Part shown: positions 13,484 through 27,834 of the stretch, one piece after another
How positions within the stretch are numbered: position 1 is the first letter of the stretch
Layout: each line of letters opens with the position of its first letter
Assembly (NCBI GenBank): GCA_021613535.1
Contig: CP075492.1
Coordinates: 16,368,001-16,432,000, forward strand
Origin: Adineta vaga
Lineage: Eukaryota; Animalia; Rotifera
Length of the DNA stretch: 64,000 nt
Reading direction: 5' to 3'
The notes under the pieces: model-generated
The model's database searches: none
What the model saw: the letters and a program-made list of their open reading frames with translations, nothing else
What the model was told of the DNA's origin: nothing
Position numbers and translations under genes: made by a program

Positions 13484-14387
13484 CTAAAATAATAAACAAC
13501 CTTTAATAAGTGTCCACAATTCACTAGACAAAAAGAATGTATATTTTAATGAGTATCATAAACTTTTCAAAAATATGTCAGTGACTCTTATTGTCTCTCA
13601 GATGAAAAAGGTTGATGGTCTGTGACGCATTGATTTTTAAGATATTTCCATATTTAAGTTCTAAATACACGCTTGCCCTGTGGTTATATAAACTATCAAA
13701 ATTCTATATTGTACACTTGGCAGATGTTCGTTTATTCTATATAACATGTTCAAAAAATAACAATCATATTCATTACAGTATTATTAAACGACTGAGTCGA
13801 CTGACAAAATTATCCCTGCTTTACATCTATATTTACCTTAATTGTAGTATGGAAAATGAAGGTAATGTAGTTGATCAGCCGATTTGTTTTATGTGCACGT
13901 GTTACGATTTGATATTATCAATATGAGAAAAATGTATCTTTCCACGTTCTTAATAAGTTTCAATTTGATGTTTAATTTAAATTATTCATTGTATAATACG
14001 ATAGGCTAAAATACAATTTTTTTCTTTCTGTCCTCCTCCGTCCGTTTGTTTCTTTCTCCGTCCGATTGTTTCTTTTTCTGCCCGTTTCTTTCCTTTCGAA
14101 ATAAGAAATATATTTTTATACAAAACTGATCGATATATTTCCTTTCTTGAACAATATTTTCATGTGCTATAAAATTAATTTTTTATACGAGAAACAAACT
14201 GCAATGACACACAGATCATTTTTTGTAGAACAATTTCTTTTCATGTCAGTGGATGGATATTCACGGCATAATAAACTCTAACGTTTTTTTTCCTTTAAAA
14301 TAAAAATGTATACAAATAGTAATACATCATTAATGAAGATCAATGCATCCTTCACATTGTTTAATTAAAAAAAGTCTTTTTGATGCA

Positions 14388-14965
14388 AAAATCTTGAGTT
14401 TTACTTTTCTGAAATGAAGACTGCTAAAGTAATTCAAAACAATATATATATATATATATATACATATAAATGCAACAAAATTTTCCTCAAACAAATTTTA
14501 TTAACACATTATAATGCATTAATACATTATCGCTGCCTTATTGAAATTTTTTCAAATAATGCATTATAATGCATTAATATGAAATATATTCATGGATAAA
14601 TATATTAGTAAGTAATACTTAATAATAATATACTTGCAATAAATCCATACTGAATCTGACTAGTATGATATTTGAAGGAATAAAGTAATTTTTGTAAGTG
14701 GAAAATTTATTCCAATGTAGGCTAACATTCACAGTAAGATAATTATACACGAACGAAATTTTTTGTACCTAATTAACAGTTGATTATCAGTGTATTCTGT
14801 CATCCGTGAATTTAGTTTACTTCACATGAACGATATTTTTTTTCTGAATGAACAATAAAAATTATTCTTTTATCTTTGTACAGTTCCTAGTGAAATCCTC
14901 TTTGAAAATATATGTCAAGAAAGTTTGAAACTTTATAAATGGTGTCATTTTCTATTTATTCTTTT
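14388..14965 (+). repeat. Diverged internal duplication, copy 1 (copy 2 at ~19098-19725)
   Basis: Collinear shared blocks, e.g. AAAATCTyGAGTTTyACTTT, TATTTGAArGAATAAAGTAATTT, CGAAATTT..TGTACC.AATT.ACAGT and TTTTATCTTTGTACA.TTC. Confidence 0.75.
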
Positions 14966-15751
14966 TTGTCTCAATATATCATTATTAAAATAGATTTGCC
15001 ATCTTTTTAATTTTATTTGATGAAGTCGATGGTGTTCTAATCGTTTCCGGTCACTTTTTGTTTTATTTTTAAATACTATCACCACAATACGTTTCACTAA
15101 TTCAACAGCTTCTTTCATATCAGTTTATCAAATAATGAATAAAGTATATTTTCTTTTTATCACGTGATGTTCTGTATTGACTCTCCAGAAAAAGTGGATG
15201 ACTATTTATCATTCCAAATATGCATCTCACTTTTTTGTGTTTAAATGAATATTGCAATTTAATAAGACTAATAGAACACATGATATGGTTTGCTTTCTGT
15301 TGTTATGCTGTATTCTTTCGTTTAGCTGATGAGAATCACTTACTAATTTTCTTATCGTATCTCTTATCACTAAAATTATTATGGATGTTTCATTGAAAGG
15401 TTACGCAATAAATTGATTTACACATCAAGATTTAAATTAATAGGTAAGATAGATTTGTACTCACAGATAATTGTCAATTCTATTCTTTTTTGAAAATATT
15501 GTTTACTTTTATTAAACTTATGTATCGACGAATCATGTGTATGTTAAATATAACTATTCAATAATAAGTACGTACCATTTGATGTTATTAAAATATTAAA
15601 GGAAAACACTTTCAAGATTCAAAAATACAATAGTGTCTATCTTTTATTTGAGAAAATTTCAAAGTAAGCAAAAACCTATTTCATAGTTATAACAACATAA
15701 ACGATAATGGATATTTTCATAACAAATACTATAGTTTTCCTAAATAGTGTT

Positions 15752-17234
15752 CTATTCTTTATGTTTTTCTGAAGCAAAAACGTTGCCTATGGCATTATTT
15801 AAAAGAAATGTTTTGATATGGCGTTGATCGGGATGTAATAGCTTACTACATTCTAAATCAGTAAAATAATTCTTTTTTTTTACAACAATTATTAGTGAAA
15901 TTACCTCGAATATCAGACTTCTGGTCTTCTGACATTTTCGATAGTTTCATGCTAGCTTGTACATGAAGATCCGGATAGAGACATTTAGTAATCGATCTAC
16001 ATGTTTTTGTAATATCTGTAGTATGTTTACATTTTTTTATTTGACTGATATTTCGTTTTAAACGGCGACAAATTTGTTTCATCTTTTGTTTTCGTTTAGA
16101 TTCTTTTTTGATTGATTTTGTTGGACTAATAGCGTCTGTTTGAGTAAACTGACAAAAAACTTGTGCTGCTAAACCAGTAGGTCTATTTAAAAAAATTTAT
16201 ATTTATTAGATTGATTCAATTAATAAGCTACTTCGGCATCCATTCTGATTTGTAATATTCAATTTCTTTTTTTTGTCGATCATTTTCCTTCAGAATTTCT
16301 TGAACCGTTAGATTAGAAAAATTGATATGGTCGTTTTCGTTCGAACAATCTATAAAATAATAAGTCCATTAAATTCATCTAGGTCAGATTGTTCAAATAA
16401 CAAGAAATGATAAGATATATTAATAAATATCAAGTTTTACACATTAGTTGAATATGTTTGAACGATAAATTTTCTTACTTTCACTGTTATAGTTATTAAG
16501 ACATAGAATTATGAAATACAAACATCTTCAAATGAATTAAATAATATCCTTCTCAATATTTTCGATGAACTATTTGTATTCCAAATAGAATCGACTTCTC
16601 ATGCCTTTTCCAATAACGAAAATGATATAAAAATTTTATTTTTATTTCATTCTGAAAAAAACTCTGTTAATAACGATCAACTTTTATCAATACCTGACGA
16701 CAAAATTATTGTTGAAGAATCTTCATTGTTGAAACTTGGTAATGGTGAAAAGGATGATGATTTATCTGGTGCACGAATAATTTCAATCGATGAGTAGGTT
16801 ACACCTGGCAGAACAGCTAAAATATCAAATGATACTGGATCGATCAGAAAAGTACTGAATCAAGCACATTGTCACTTACTTTGATTTGAACATGGTGATT
16901 GATTTTGATCGTCATCAAAATGCAAAACTTCACACGTAGAGTCAGAATTCGTCGAATTATTCTTCTGATAAATTTTATCAAATTTTGTTGGTTCAATATT
17001 TTTATCCATTGACGATTCATCTTCTTAAAGATAAAAATAAATGACTCTTTCAGTTTTATTCATTTATCGAAAGTAAAAATTTTTGGATGTTTAGTTAGAG
17101 AAAGTTGACTAACCGGATGAATCTAAATAATGATTTCTAACAAAAATCAATCGATGATGGACCTTTTTACATGAATGAGCAGCTTTACGGTCGATCGATT
17201 TTTTCATTTTATTAGATGTTGTTTTTCTTGTCAT
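15752..17234 (-). CDS. Multi-exon coiled-coil plus C-terminal BEN-like domain protein (transposon cargo)
   Basis: Spliced translation: MTRKTTSNK... low-complexity ...QEILKENDRQKKEIEYYKSEWMP-RP...TDITKTCRSITKCLYPD...SEDQKSDIRECSKLLHP...LNNAIGNVFASEKHKE*. The helical pattern matches BEN domains. One internal exon is unresolved. Confidence 0.5.
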
Positions 17235-19097
17235 AATTTTTAAGGAAAAAAATTAATCTTTTAAAATCTAAAATTACAGGAAAATATTATCAAAATCGAA
17301 ATGAATATCTGAAATATAATATTTTGACTACAGATTTGAAGGAAAATACTAATGAACATTCAACAGCAATATCATGTAATTTACTTTCAAAAGTTATGCA
17401 TTTTGTATTGGCACAAAAAAATGGAGGTTATTATATTAATAGATGTCGTGAGAATATGTATTATATCAATTCGTGATTTAATTATTTTGATTTCAACATG
17501 TAATAATACTCAAATAAAATCATATTAACTTGCTAATTTAATTCATTGTTTTTTGTTACATAGAAAGAATATCGATTCTCACATAGTTTAAATATAAAAT
17601 CTTATACTCAGTGAGTCCATAAACGAAACCATAAACATGTTGTAAAAAGAAATGAATATATTCGATAATTATGATCAATGGATTTGATATAATTTCACAG
17701 AACATTTAATTGTCGATTTTTTTCAATGATCCAATGTATCATAGCGTAGAAGTTTAATGAATAATTGCAGCTTCATCATTTCTTAATACCAATGATCTAA
17801 AAACAAAAATTAAAAGAAATGTATGAACAAGAATAATAATGCATGATCATCCATTAAAAAAGAAACACACTGATGCTGAATGACAAGAGACTATTCAATA
17901 TTAAATCATGATGCTTATATTCATTCTAAAAGAATTCTACCACTTAATTCATTTTTTTTCTCATATATAACTAGTGATGAAGAAAAACGTTCAATTCGTA
18001 GCAAAGTATTAGAACGCAAGAATAATAAATAATAAAATAGTTTTTATAATTTTTTGGTTTTTACACTTCTTGTATTATCTTTTTTGTAGTCTAATGATAA
18101 TACATTTTATTGTTGTAAAATGTAAATAAAGAATGCCATTTGAGTCTTTGAATGAAATAAAGAACTATTTTCAGATATATAATCTGCAGTAAATGTTTGA
18201 AGTCTTTTAATATTAAGGTATTCTACAAGGATAAACACTTATGTCAAGAAAATAGCTAATACAGTACCATAAACTATACTAACGAAAAAATAACTAAATA
18301 AATAATTCAAATATTATGATAATCTATAGATAGAAAACAGATTTGTTTACATGCATCTATACACACTCAGTTGGCTCGAGAAATTCGAGAGGCTTTGTGT
18401 TAAGTAATGTTCATCATTTCCTTTTTCCTTTCGTGACTATCTATTTGTTTTTGTTTCTCTTCGCTTCATATTAACATTTTGCTCTTTTTTTTCTTTCTTT
18501 ATCCGAAAAAGCAAAAGGAAAGAAGATATAATTTAACTCGAATGTATTGACAAGAGCATTTTCTTAATGCATCTTTTAATTTCAAATAAGATCAAGTAAT
18601 TTGAAGAATAACTATAAAAACAATAGAGGAATCAAAGGAAATATCACGCATCCATTGTTCAATCACCTAAACATAAATAACTTTCTTTTTCGATCTTATC
18701 AATTCTATAAATTTTATCTTGAATAATTGCTTGTTTCTTTTCACATAATATCAATTTATCTTTAACTATCCATTTTTAATTCAATTTTATCGTTATCATC
18801 ATTAAATCGTTTTTTTTCTTTTTCATCTTCTATGTATCGATCTTTCGTGAACAATCATATACGTGAAGCACGTGTATATTGTTTATAAAGAGAAAACGAG
18901 GAAAAAAGACCTATTTATGCTTGATACCGAATAATTCGTTTTTTTCTTTATAATCAATTTTATACTCAACCTCATATTGACTTTCGAAAAGTGACCTCTT
19001 GGATGAATTTTAGAACCGATCAACATGAGAAAAAAGAAAGAGAAATAAAGATTAATGTATATTCTTGGACGATATTTAATAAATAACTTTTTAATAC

Positions 19098-19725
19098 AAA
19101 ATCTCGAGTTTCACTTTCCTTAAACGATCGCTAAAGTTATTTAAAGTAATAGATATAAGTACATGCAAGATACTCTTCTCAATTAAACGTTGTCAATGCA
19201 TTATAACGCATATTAATGCATTCACATGAAATAATGATTCCATTCAAAGAAGCTTTTTGAGTAATGCATTAAAATCAAATTTGTTCATGAATAAACATAT
19301 TATCCAGTATCAATTAAAAAATAATATGCTTCCATCAAATTCATACTAAGTATGAAAGATAAAAAATAACAATGAACTTTTTGAAACGTGACTGTTTTCA
19401 AAGATAAAATATGACCTGCAAATTATTTGAAAGAATAAAGTAATTTACGTAGATAGAATATTGATTCCAATATTGGTAAATATCCATAGGACAACAAATA
19501 TATAAACGTACGAAATTTCTGTACCAAATTGACAGTCAACTAGTAGTTTATTTTATTATTTATCAGTCTTTTTCAATTCATATGATAAATAGAGTATTTT
19601 CGAATCAAATTAGAAATTCTATTTTTTTATCTTTGTACAATTCTTATAGAATTTTTGTATTGGACTATAAGTCAAAACAAGTTAAATTTTATCAATTGTG
19701 TCACTTTATTTTCATCTATTTTTTT
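19098..19725 (+). repeat. Diverged internal duplication, copy 2
   Basis: Collinear similarity to 14388-14965. Confidence 0.75.
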
Positions 19726-20678
19726 TATATTAAATATAAAATAAAAACGAAAAAAATATAAACTTGTTTCCATTCAATACTATTTCCTTCAGACTTTCTT
19801 AATTCATACAACTATACTGATTATTGAAAATAATGCATTAAATCACATTAAACTACGTTAAAATGCATTAGATCACATTACAGAAAAAAATTAGAACGGT
19901 AATTATTTTTTCTTGACATTCCGTTCTCTTAATTACAAACGATGAACAACTAGTATGTGTAAGGACATGTTTTTGTTTTCTTTCCTTTTCGTTCTTCTCT
20001 CGTTCAATCCTTACACATACGATATAGACGTTCATTTTCTTTTCATTCTGTTCGTTTCATATACACGACGGACGTTCATTATGTATATATGTATATAAAT
20101 GACTATCACGATTCTATAAGTGTGAAGACAGTCATTTTTAATTAATTCAATCATCCATAGGAGGAAGATTTCTGTAAAAAATTTTTCAAGATAAAGTGCT
20201 AAGACAAGTAGTATATTTATTTGCGTTCAAAGAATAGCTTACATATATGATAAAAACGAAAAGGATATATATTCTTTTTATTTCTTTTTTAGATTTCAAA
20301 GATTGTGATCTTAAAAAAAACTAAATCCATATTGAAATTCAACATTGCAAACGTACAATTTATCTATTGGCCTTAAGTTAAAAACAGCAAGTAAGTAATG
20401 CGAAATTTTAATAACAAATTTTACCATATGTATGCTTTTTAGATTTTCTCTTGGGTGAATCAGTTCTCCGATTATTACGTTCTATTTGCTGATATTTTTG
20501 CAGTGTTTTATCAATTACATTTTTGTTAACAGTGAGTATTGAAATTTTGATTATCTTTATGATAACGTTTTTTAAGTCACTTTGATATGAACAACTAGTA
20601 GTGGTGTATAAAGTTTGATTCAAATCTATGCTGTCAGATTTTTTTATGAATGATGAATTTATATTTGTTTTTTTAGAT

Positions 20679-23600
20679 ATGCCGCCTATTAAACCTGATC
20701 CATATGCAGCACAAATCAGTTCCAATATTTTCAAACTAACCAATGCAGCACCAATTCCATTTGAAATGACATCAATTTTTGGTTTATTCAATCAAGTAGC
20801 ATTACTTCGGTTTTTTGAACAACATCAAACATTAGGAGTTGATATTGCTCCATTTGTATATGGTATGCTAGCACATGCAGCTATGATGCTTGATGAAGTG
20901 GAACTTTTGAATCCTGATGGTACTGGCAGTATTACATCAATGAATTTATTTATTCATTTGATTGGTGAACCTGGTGAGTTTCTTTCATTTCTTTCATGTG
21001 TTATTTAATTAATATTGATTTATTTAGGTACCAATAAATCTGGATTATTTCGAGTCTTCAACAATAGCATTAATGCATTGCAAAAAATATTTCCTTCATT
21101 TTTTTCGAAACCGCTTGTGGAGGTTATAAATGGAAAAGAAATATCAACTACAATTGATTTAATGGCAAACAATGAAACAGAATTATCATTATTTCAACGA
21201 CTTTCAAAACGAGTAAGTTATAAGCAGCAAAATTCTTTTGCTATATAATTGGAAAGGATGTTCTTTGGATTTATTTTTTTACAATTATTTCTCTATACGA
21301 TCTAGATATTAACTTCGTAGAGGATGCATATTTTAATTTTTTAAATTATACTTTTAGGAGAATGTATTTATTTCCAGTGATGAACTCGATGTTATTAATA
21401 CTCGATTTGGAGTTTATCAAGCTGGTTCAACAGACAATGATATGAAAACATTTGGCTCGAAACTTTTATGCCAAGGTTATGATATTATGAAGAATGTTTC
21501 TCGTACAACTGGATCTTCATCATTTTTTATTAAACGTGGCTCTATCAATATTTTTGGAGCATCAACAGGCAACATGTTATCATCTGTATGTCGACAATAT
21601 AACAGTAATATTCAATCCGATGGTACCATCAGTCGATATTTATTTATCACAACATCTGTCCACAAAGCTTCAAATAATATACCATCTGAAATTTTATCTG
21701 TACAACCAAATATTGTACATGTTTTAATCGTACTTCGTCTTTTGGCACAATACAAGCCAATTTTTGTATTTGGTGAACATCAATCACCACCTAATTTACC
21801 AAAATTAAGTAAGTTTCTTTATTGGTCGTAAATTATTGAAAGAGCAACATACGAGAGTTTAGTCTAAAACGATCAACAGTTTCAAGAAAATAACTTTGTC
21901 TCTTTCTGATGCTATGATGATGACTTGTAAATTAAGATCGTATAATGACGGTTGAGCATCGACCTGTGAAATCGTTTTGTATCATCGAATCTGTATAACA
22001 TAGTTAATGTTTCAACTATATTTTAAAGAGTTGCAGTTTGATATCGTTTTTGATTAATTTTTTATTCCACATCTATATTTATATCTTTGTCTTTTTGTAG
22101 TTATTGTTCCACCGGACATAGAAGAAGCAAGAAAAAACATCGTGAATCCAATTCCACCAACTGAACCAATATCCAATCTAAAACCATGTGTGGTTGTTGA
22201 CATTAAAGATGCTGATATAGAACAAGATGGATCAATAATATCTGCATACAATGCTATTCGTCGTGTTATTGAAGCTGAACATCAAAAATCATTACAATGT
22301 GATGCCAAAGGAGAACCAATTTATACACCTTTACAACGAGCATTCCAACGGAAGAGTAGCAACAAATTAGCTCGTTTAGCTGGATTATGTCAAGCAATAT
22401 CGTATGCCATTCAATTATGTTCTGAATGTATTAATATCGTTCGATTTGGTGATGGTCTTTATCTTAAAGAGTATATTGATGATGAACAAATTATTTGGTT
22501 AATGAAATTTCATGATAATGTCAAAGTACTTATTGAACGAGATATTACGATAGCTCCGAAATATGGAAGTGATCAACGCCCATTATTTGTTATCGAAAAA
22601 TCAGCTGTACATGCTTCAAACATGTTATATCAATATAATGCATCTACTATTTCGGCTCTTTTCGATGGTACAGCAGTAGATAACAATGAAACAACGAAAA
22701 ATGAAGATAACATTTCGATTAATAATGCATTATCAAACGAGTAAGTCGTATGTTTTTTTTTGAATACTGCTCTCTATTTTATGCCAGAGTTTCTTTCGTA
22801 AAGAACACATAGTTGAATTTCAAACTTTATTTCAGCCTTTTTTATGAACATCAATCCATCTTACTCAAAATGACATCACCAATTGTTATTAAAGCTTGGT
22901 TTAGTAATGAAATTACTGGTCTTCCATTCACCAAAATATTCATCAATTATCGAAGATCGAAAAATAAAATGTCAAAACTTATTCAAGCTGTCGATGAATT
23001 AGTTCAAAATGGTATCCTTAAAAAAGGTGCTAAAGATAATCGACATATTGTTACTGCACGAAAGGAAACTTATTTAAAAGCATCACCGGCTACTATTCGT
23101 GGTGATAACGACATGGTTAATTATCTTCTATCAATTGGCATCGATATTGATACTTATGAACATGTATATCTTTCATCACCATTACCAATGAACATGGAAT
23201 TAACTACATTTGCAGTTAATTCAATTCTATTCGATGATAATTATATTGAATACTGCCACTTATTTAATGACGTTCGTATACAAAAAGAAATGGAAGAACG
23301 ATTATCAAAACATATGGTCGAATATCGTATGTCATTTGGTCAAAAGCAATATTATATGCCATCATTATCTCAAACCGTTGAACAAGGTAAAATTAAACTT
23401 TTTCGAAACGAATAAAACTGTTATTTAATTAAATTATTTTTCACAAATAGATAATTTAGATATTGAAAACAGTCAACAGTATGGCAGTGATCAAACTCCA
23501 ACTAATAATACTGATAATAGTGATAATAATGATAATCTATTATCGACTTTCAGTTTTATTTCACACCGATCAATTGATAACCTATCACCAAACACGGTAT

Positions 23601-25118
23601 CATCTCGTTCCGAAAACGCTTCTCTTTTATCTGAAATATTGAATACAAATTATACTACTGAACCACAAAACAACAACTTTATCGATGAAACAACTGAATC
23701 TATTAATCACCTTCGAAACGAATTGTTACCATCAGTTGATGATATTATGAACCAACTGATAAACATGCTTGATTATGATCCATTAAATATTGAACAATCA
23801 GGTAAGTCTACTTTATAAACTTTAATATTTTATTTAGACAGCATATTGCCACATACTTTTTAGGTTCAATATCGAATACGACAGAAGCTATTCTTGGCAA
23901 TTCAACGTCTTCTTATCGAAATGAATCAACAACAAATGATCAAAAACAAAATCAAAGTCAGAGTCAGATAACAGTTTTATTTTTAAGTATATGAAAAACT
24001 TTTTCGTTATGTTTAGATTGGTCAGTGTTGACTAATATTGAATTATTATCAATTGATAATAATAACAATAATAATATCAACAACAACAACAACAACAACA
24101 ACAACACTGTTTCATCTACTGAACCAACGTCAAATGATACGGCAACATTTTTAGAAAATATGAGTTCTCAACAAACGATGGAACTAATTTCTAACTTGTT
24201 TCAAAATAAAAAACATTTATTAAAACGAATATTGAACGAAGATAATAATGATGTTACACCAAAACGATCAAGAAATAGTGAAAATGAAGAAACAACATCA
24301 TCACTTGTCGACATGAATTTGAGTGGATCACTTTCAGCAACACCTGCTGCAATAGAATCGAATAATATAGTCGGTAAGTTTTGATTCGTTAAATTTCAAG
24401 AAATACTGAAACAAATAATTCTGCATAATAATAAATGCCATTATTTTTTAATTAATATCATTTCTGAATTACAGGTATTTTTTATTTTATGAATTGTTTT
24501 TAATATTTTAGGTGATAATCAAATTGATGATGAAGATCTTCAAGAAGCATACCAGAAAATAATTTTAAACAATGCTATTATTATGTCACGGTCGGATATT
24601 TGTAACAAACTTAAACATATCAAAAACATATCAAAATCACGTGATAATATAATTTCAAAATTAGTTACCGATGAATTATTAATTAAAGGTAATTGGTTTG
24701 CATCGAAAAAAGTAAATGGTAGTATCGATCTTCTACCGGGATTTTTAAAAGCATTTCCGAAAAATAATTCAAAAGATCAACTTGATTTTGCTCGTTTATT
24801 AGCAAAATATAACGTACATTATAATGATTACGAAGAATCATTTAAAAAAAATAAGACCGATACATTTCCTCGTACACTTACTGCTGCTGATGTCAAACAC
24901 AAAACATGGTTATTTTCAAATATGTTATCTGTTTATATTCAAAAAAATGATTTTCTTAATGAACGAATAGTACTTGATCTATCGGCAATCATTCAAGAAA
25001 ATAACAGTGAGTCATATTTTTATTTCATTCATTAATCTTTAGAATTTCTCTTTCATATATAGCTCCACCGATGGCTGTAAAACGTGATCGAAAACCAAAA
25101 CAACGTTATTCACCATAG
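20679..25118 (+). CDS. DUF3987-like P-loop ATPase/helicase with C-terminal winged-helix-like segments, ~10 exons (transposon cargo)
   Basis: The Walker A-like LFIHLIGEPG|TNKS is split by intron 20974-21027. Further motifs are Walker B VFISSDELD, LLCQGYD..KNVSRTT, SINIFGASTG and the Arg-finger-like DGTISRYLF. The exons I checked join in frame up to TAG at 25116-25118. There may be upstream exons. Confidence 0.7.
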
Positions 25119-27407
25119 GACAACAAAAAATGAATTTATTATTGATTGATATCATGTACATATGTAGTCTGCCTTTTTTTATTGTTATTAAAACGATTGT
25201 ACATGTTTGTTTTTCATTTCGTGTGATTTATAACACGTGTGTGCCAATTATGAAGAACTTTTTCTGTGAATCCGGTGTATTTTAACTGTTTTTCTTTATT
25301 ATCGATAATATTTGTATAACGAAACTAATAGTTATTGTTCATTGTATCTTCTATTTTTGTTTTTTTCTAATTTTTCTCTCATATATGGGTGTGATTATTT
25401 TGTAATCATTTATTTTATGTACCTGACTACTTTTTTTCTTACTTGATGGAACTTCGAAAAATACGTGATAAATTCATGTTTGAACATTAAAGTGCTGCAC
25501 AAATAAATTAGATTAAAATAATCTTTTTTCGAAAGTTTTTTTAACATTAACCTGCATATGACTCATTTTGATAGAAAGATACGCGTCAGCGTAGGAGTCA
25601 AGTCAATGTGGATAATGATTATAATGAAAATGTTGATTCTTCTTGACTAATATAACCTTCAGGGCGCAAATGAAAAGAAAAACTTAATTAAAATTTATTT
25701 TCATGTTGATATATAAGAAATTGAGCAGATGTTGCATTATTTAATTTAGATATTCTAGGATCAAGATTTAGAAAAAATATTGGTTAGCTTTAATCGATAT
25801 TGTTTCATAGGATCTACATGCCTCGTGTTGATTCATCTGTGAATTACAGATAGATAAATCTTCTATAAACGAATATTTTTGTTTAATTCTTGTGCATCAT
25901 CTATCATCGCTGTTGATCGTATTGAATGCATTATAATGCGTTATAATGCATTATTATTACATGATAAATAACAAAATCTATATAGCTAAGTATTACATTA
26001 TCATCAAATTACCATCATTAGAATGCATTATAATGCATTCTAAGGAAGATCAATGCATATTAACGTAACAGTTCGCTACTTGATAGCTATTATTTAAGAA
26101 AATTCACAAACTCATGAGGAATTGAATAAATATAGTTTTGTATTGTGATCATACATGAGATTGAAAGAAATTTTGACGATCAACTAGATGCATAAGTGGC
26201 AGATAATAGTATTAATTATAGAGCAACGTTATACAAAGAATCAACTACACAATTTCATAAAATACGTAGTTATTTATCAAATTCAACAAATATAATCAGG
26301 ACCATTTCGTACACTACCTCATCAATAGCAAGAATAATGTTTACATACAGATGATCCTTATAATCTATGAGATTCAAATAACATATTAAAAAATGTACAC
26401 AAATATGAATGTAACAACAGACCGGTAGCTTTGTAATTATCTAGCAGCAAACTATCTTTTAACATATTCTTATCCAAAGTATATGAAAAGTATAGACATC
26501 CATTATTTCATGAATAGTGGAAGAAAAGTATTTGAAAAATAAAACAGTATTTTCGTGATGGATCGTTGAAGTCGTATAGATAAAGACGAGGATAATCTCT
26601 AATTTACAAAATATCATTTTTATATTTATCATAGTAATAAAACAAAGAGAAGCATTGTTATCTGTGAAACCGAAATACAAACTTTGAATATTCGACATTT
26701 CAGACACGTAAATATTGCACTGTCCAGCTTCTCGTACTTCAAGCACTCAATATCATAACATTTAAATCAGATAATCATCGAACTGAGGCATATGCTATAT
26801 ATTAGAGTCGCCTTCACCGTGTCTTTCAAGTGTCAGCTTCATTTTAATGTTTCTTTGTATACCTGACTCTCTCGAAAACGAAAATAACCAGAATTTTGAA
26901 CTTATATTCTCCTTTCAACTACATATCGCTGAGATATTGTTTATAACTATGTATAATTCATCTGTGTATTTCATGCAACTATCGAATAAGTATCAAAAAA
27001 ACTTAATCCTTTACATATGATACATCAGACGGATAACTGACCACAATCAATGTTTGTATTTGATAATAATTTATATTTTGACCTAAATCAAGTATCCTAG
27101 TGATTATGAATTTGATCTCAACATTTTCCGTTCAACTAGTGCGCACGTACCATATGATTTTCGATTTCATCTTCAATTGACGCTATTAATTAATTATTTA
27201 TTTAAATTAGAAGTCGAATGATATCAGTCTTCTATCGGCATGACTCACTCGGCAATTATGACAACGCTGATCTGAATTTAAACCTATGTCTTTCGTCCGT
27301 TAGAAACGACTTTGTAAATATAAACCTTGGACAAAAATTAATAAAATGTGTAGAATATTTAACAAAATATCCACGAGCACAATATTATATCTATTATGGC
27401 AGTCACG

Positions 27408-27834
27408 AACAAAAGTCCCTAATGAACCTAATTTCCATGATGGAAATTGGGAAATTCTCGATTATGTCCATTATGTCCATTATGTCCATTATGGCAGACA
27501 TAAACAAAAGTCCCTAAGGAACCTAATTTCCATGATGGAAATTGGGAAATTCTCGATTATGCCCATTATGTCCATTATGTCCATTATGGCAGACATAAAC
27601 AAAAGTCCCTAATGAACCTAATTTCCATGATGGAAATTGGGAAATTCTCGATTATGTCCATTATGTCCATTATGGCAGACATAAACAAAAGTCCCTAAGG
27701 AACCTAATTTCCATGATGGAAATTGGGAAATTCTCGATTATGCCCATTATGTCCATTATGTCCATTATGGCAGACATAAACAAAAGTCCATAATGAACAT
27801 AATTTCCATGATGGAAATTGGGAAATTCTCGATT
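27408..27834 (-). repeat. Right subterminal tandem array (5 units), inverted relative to 4272-5449
   Basis: Reverse complement of the left array unit, with the same palindrome and 9-bp subrepeats. Confidence 0.95.
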
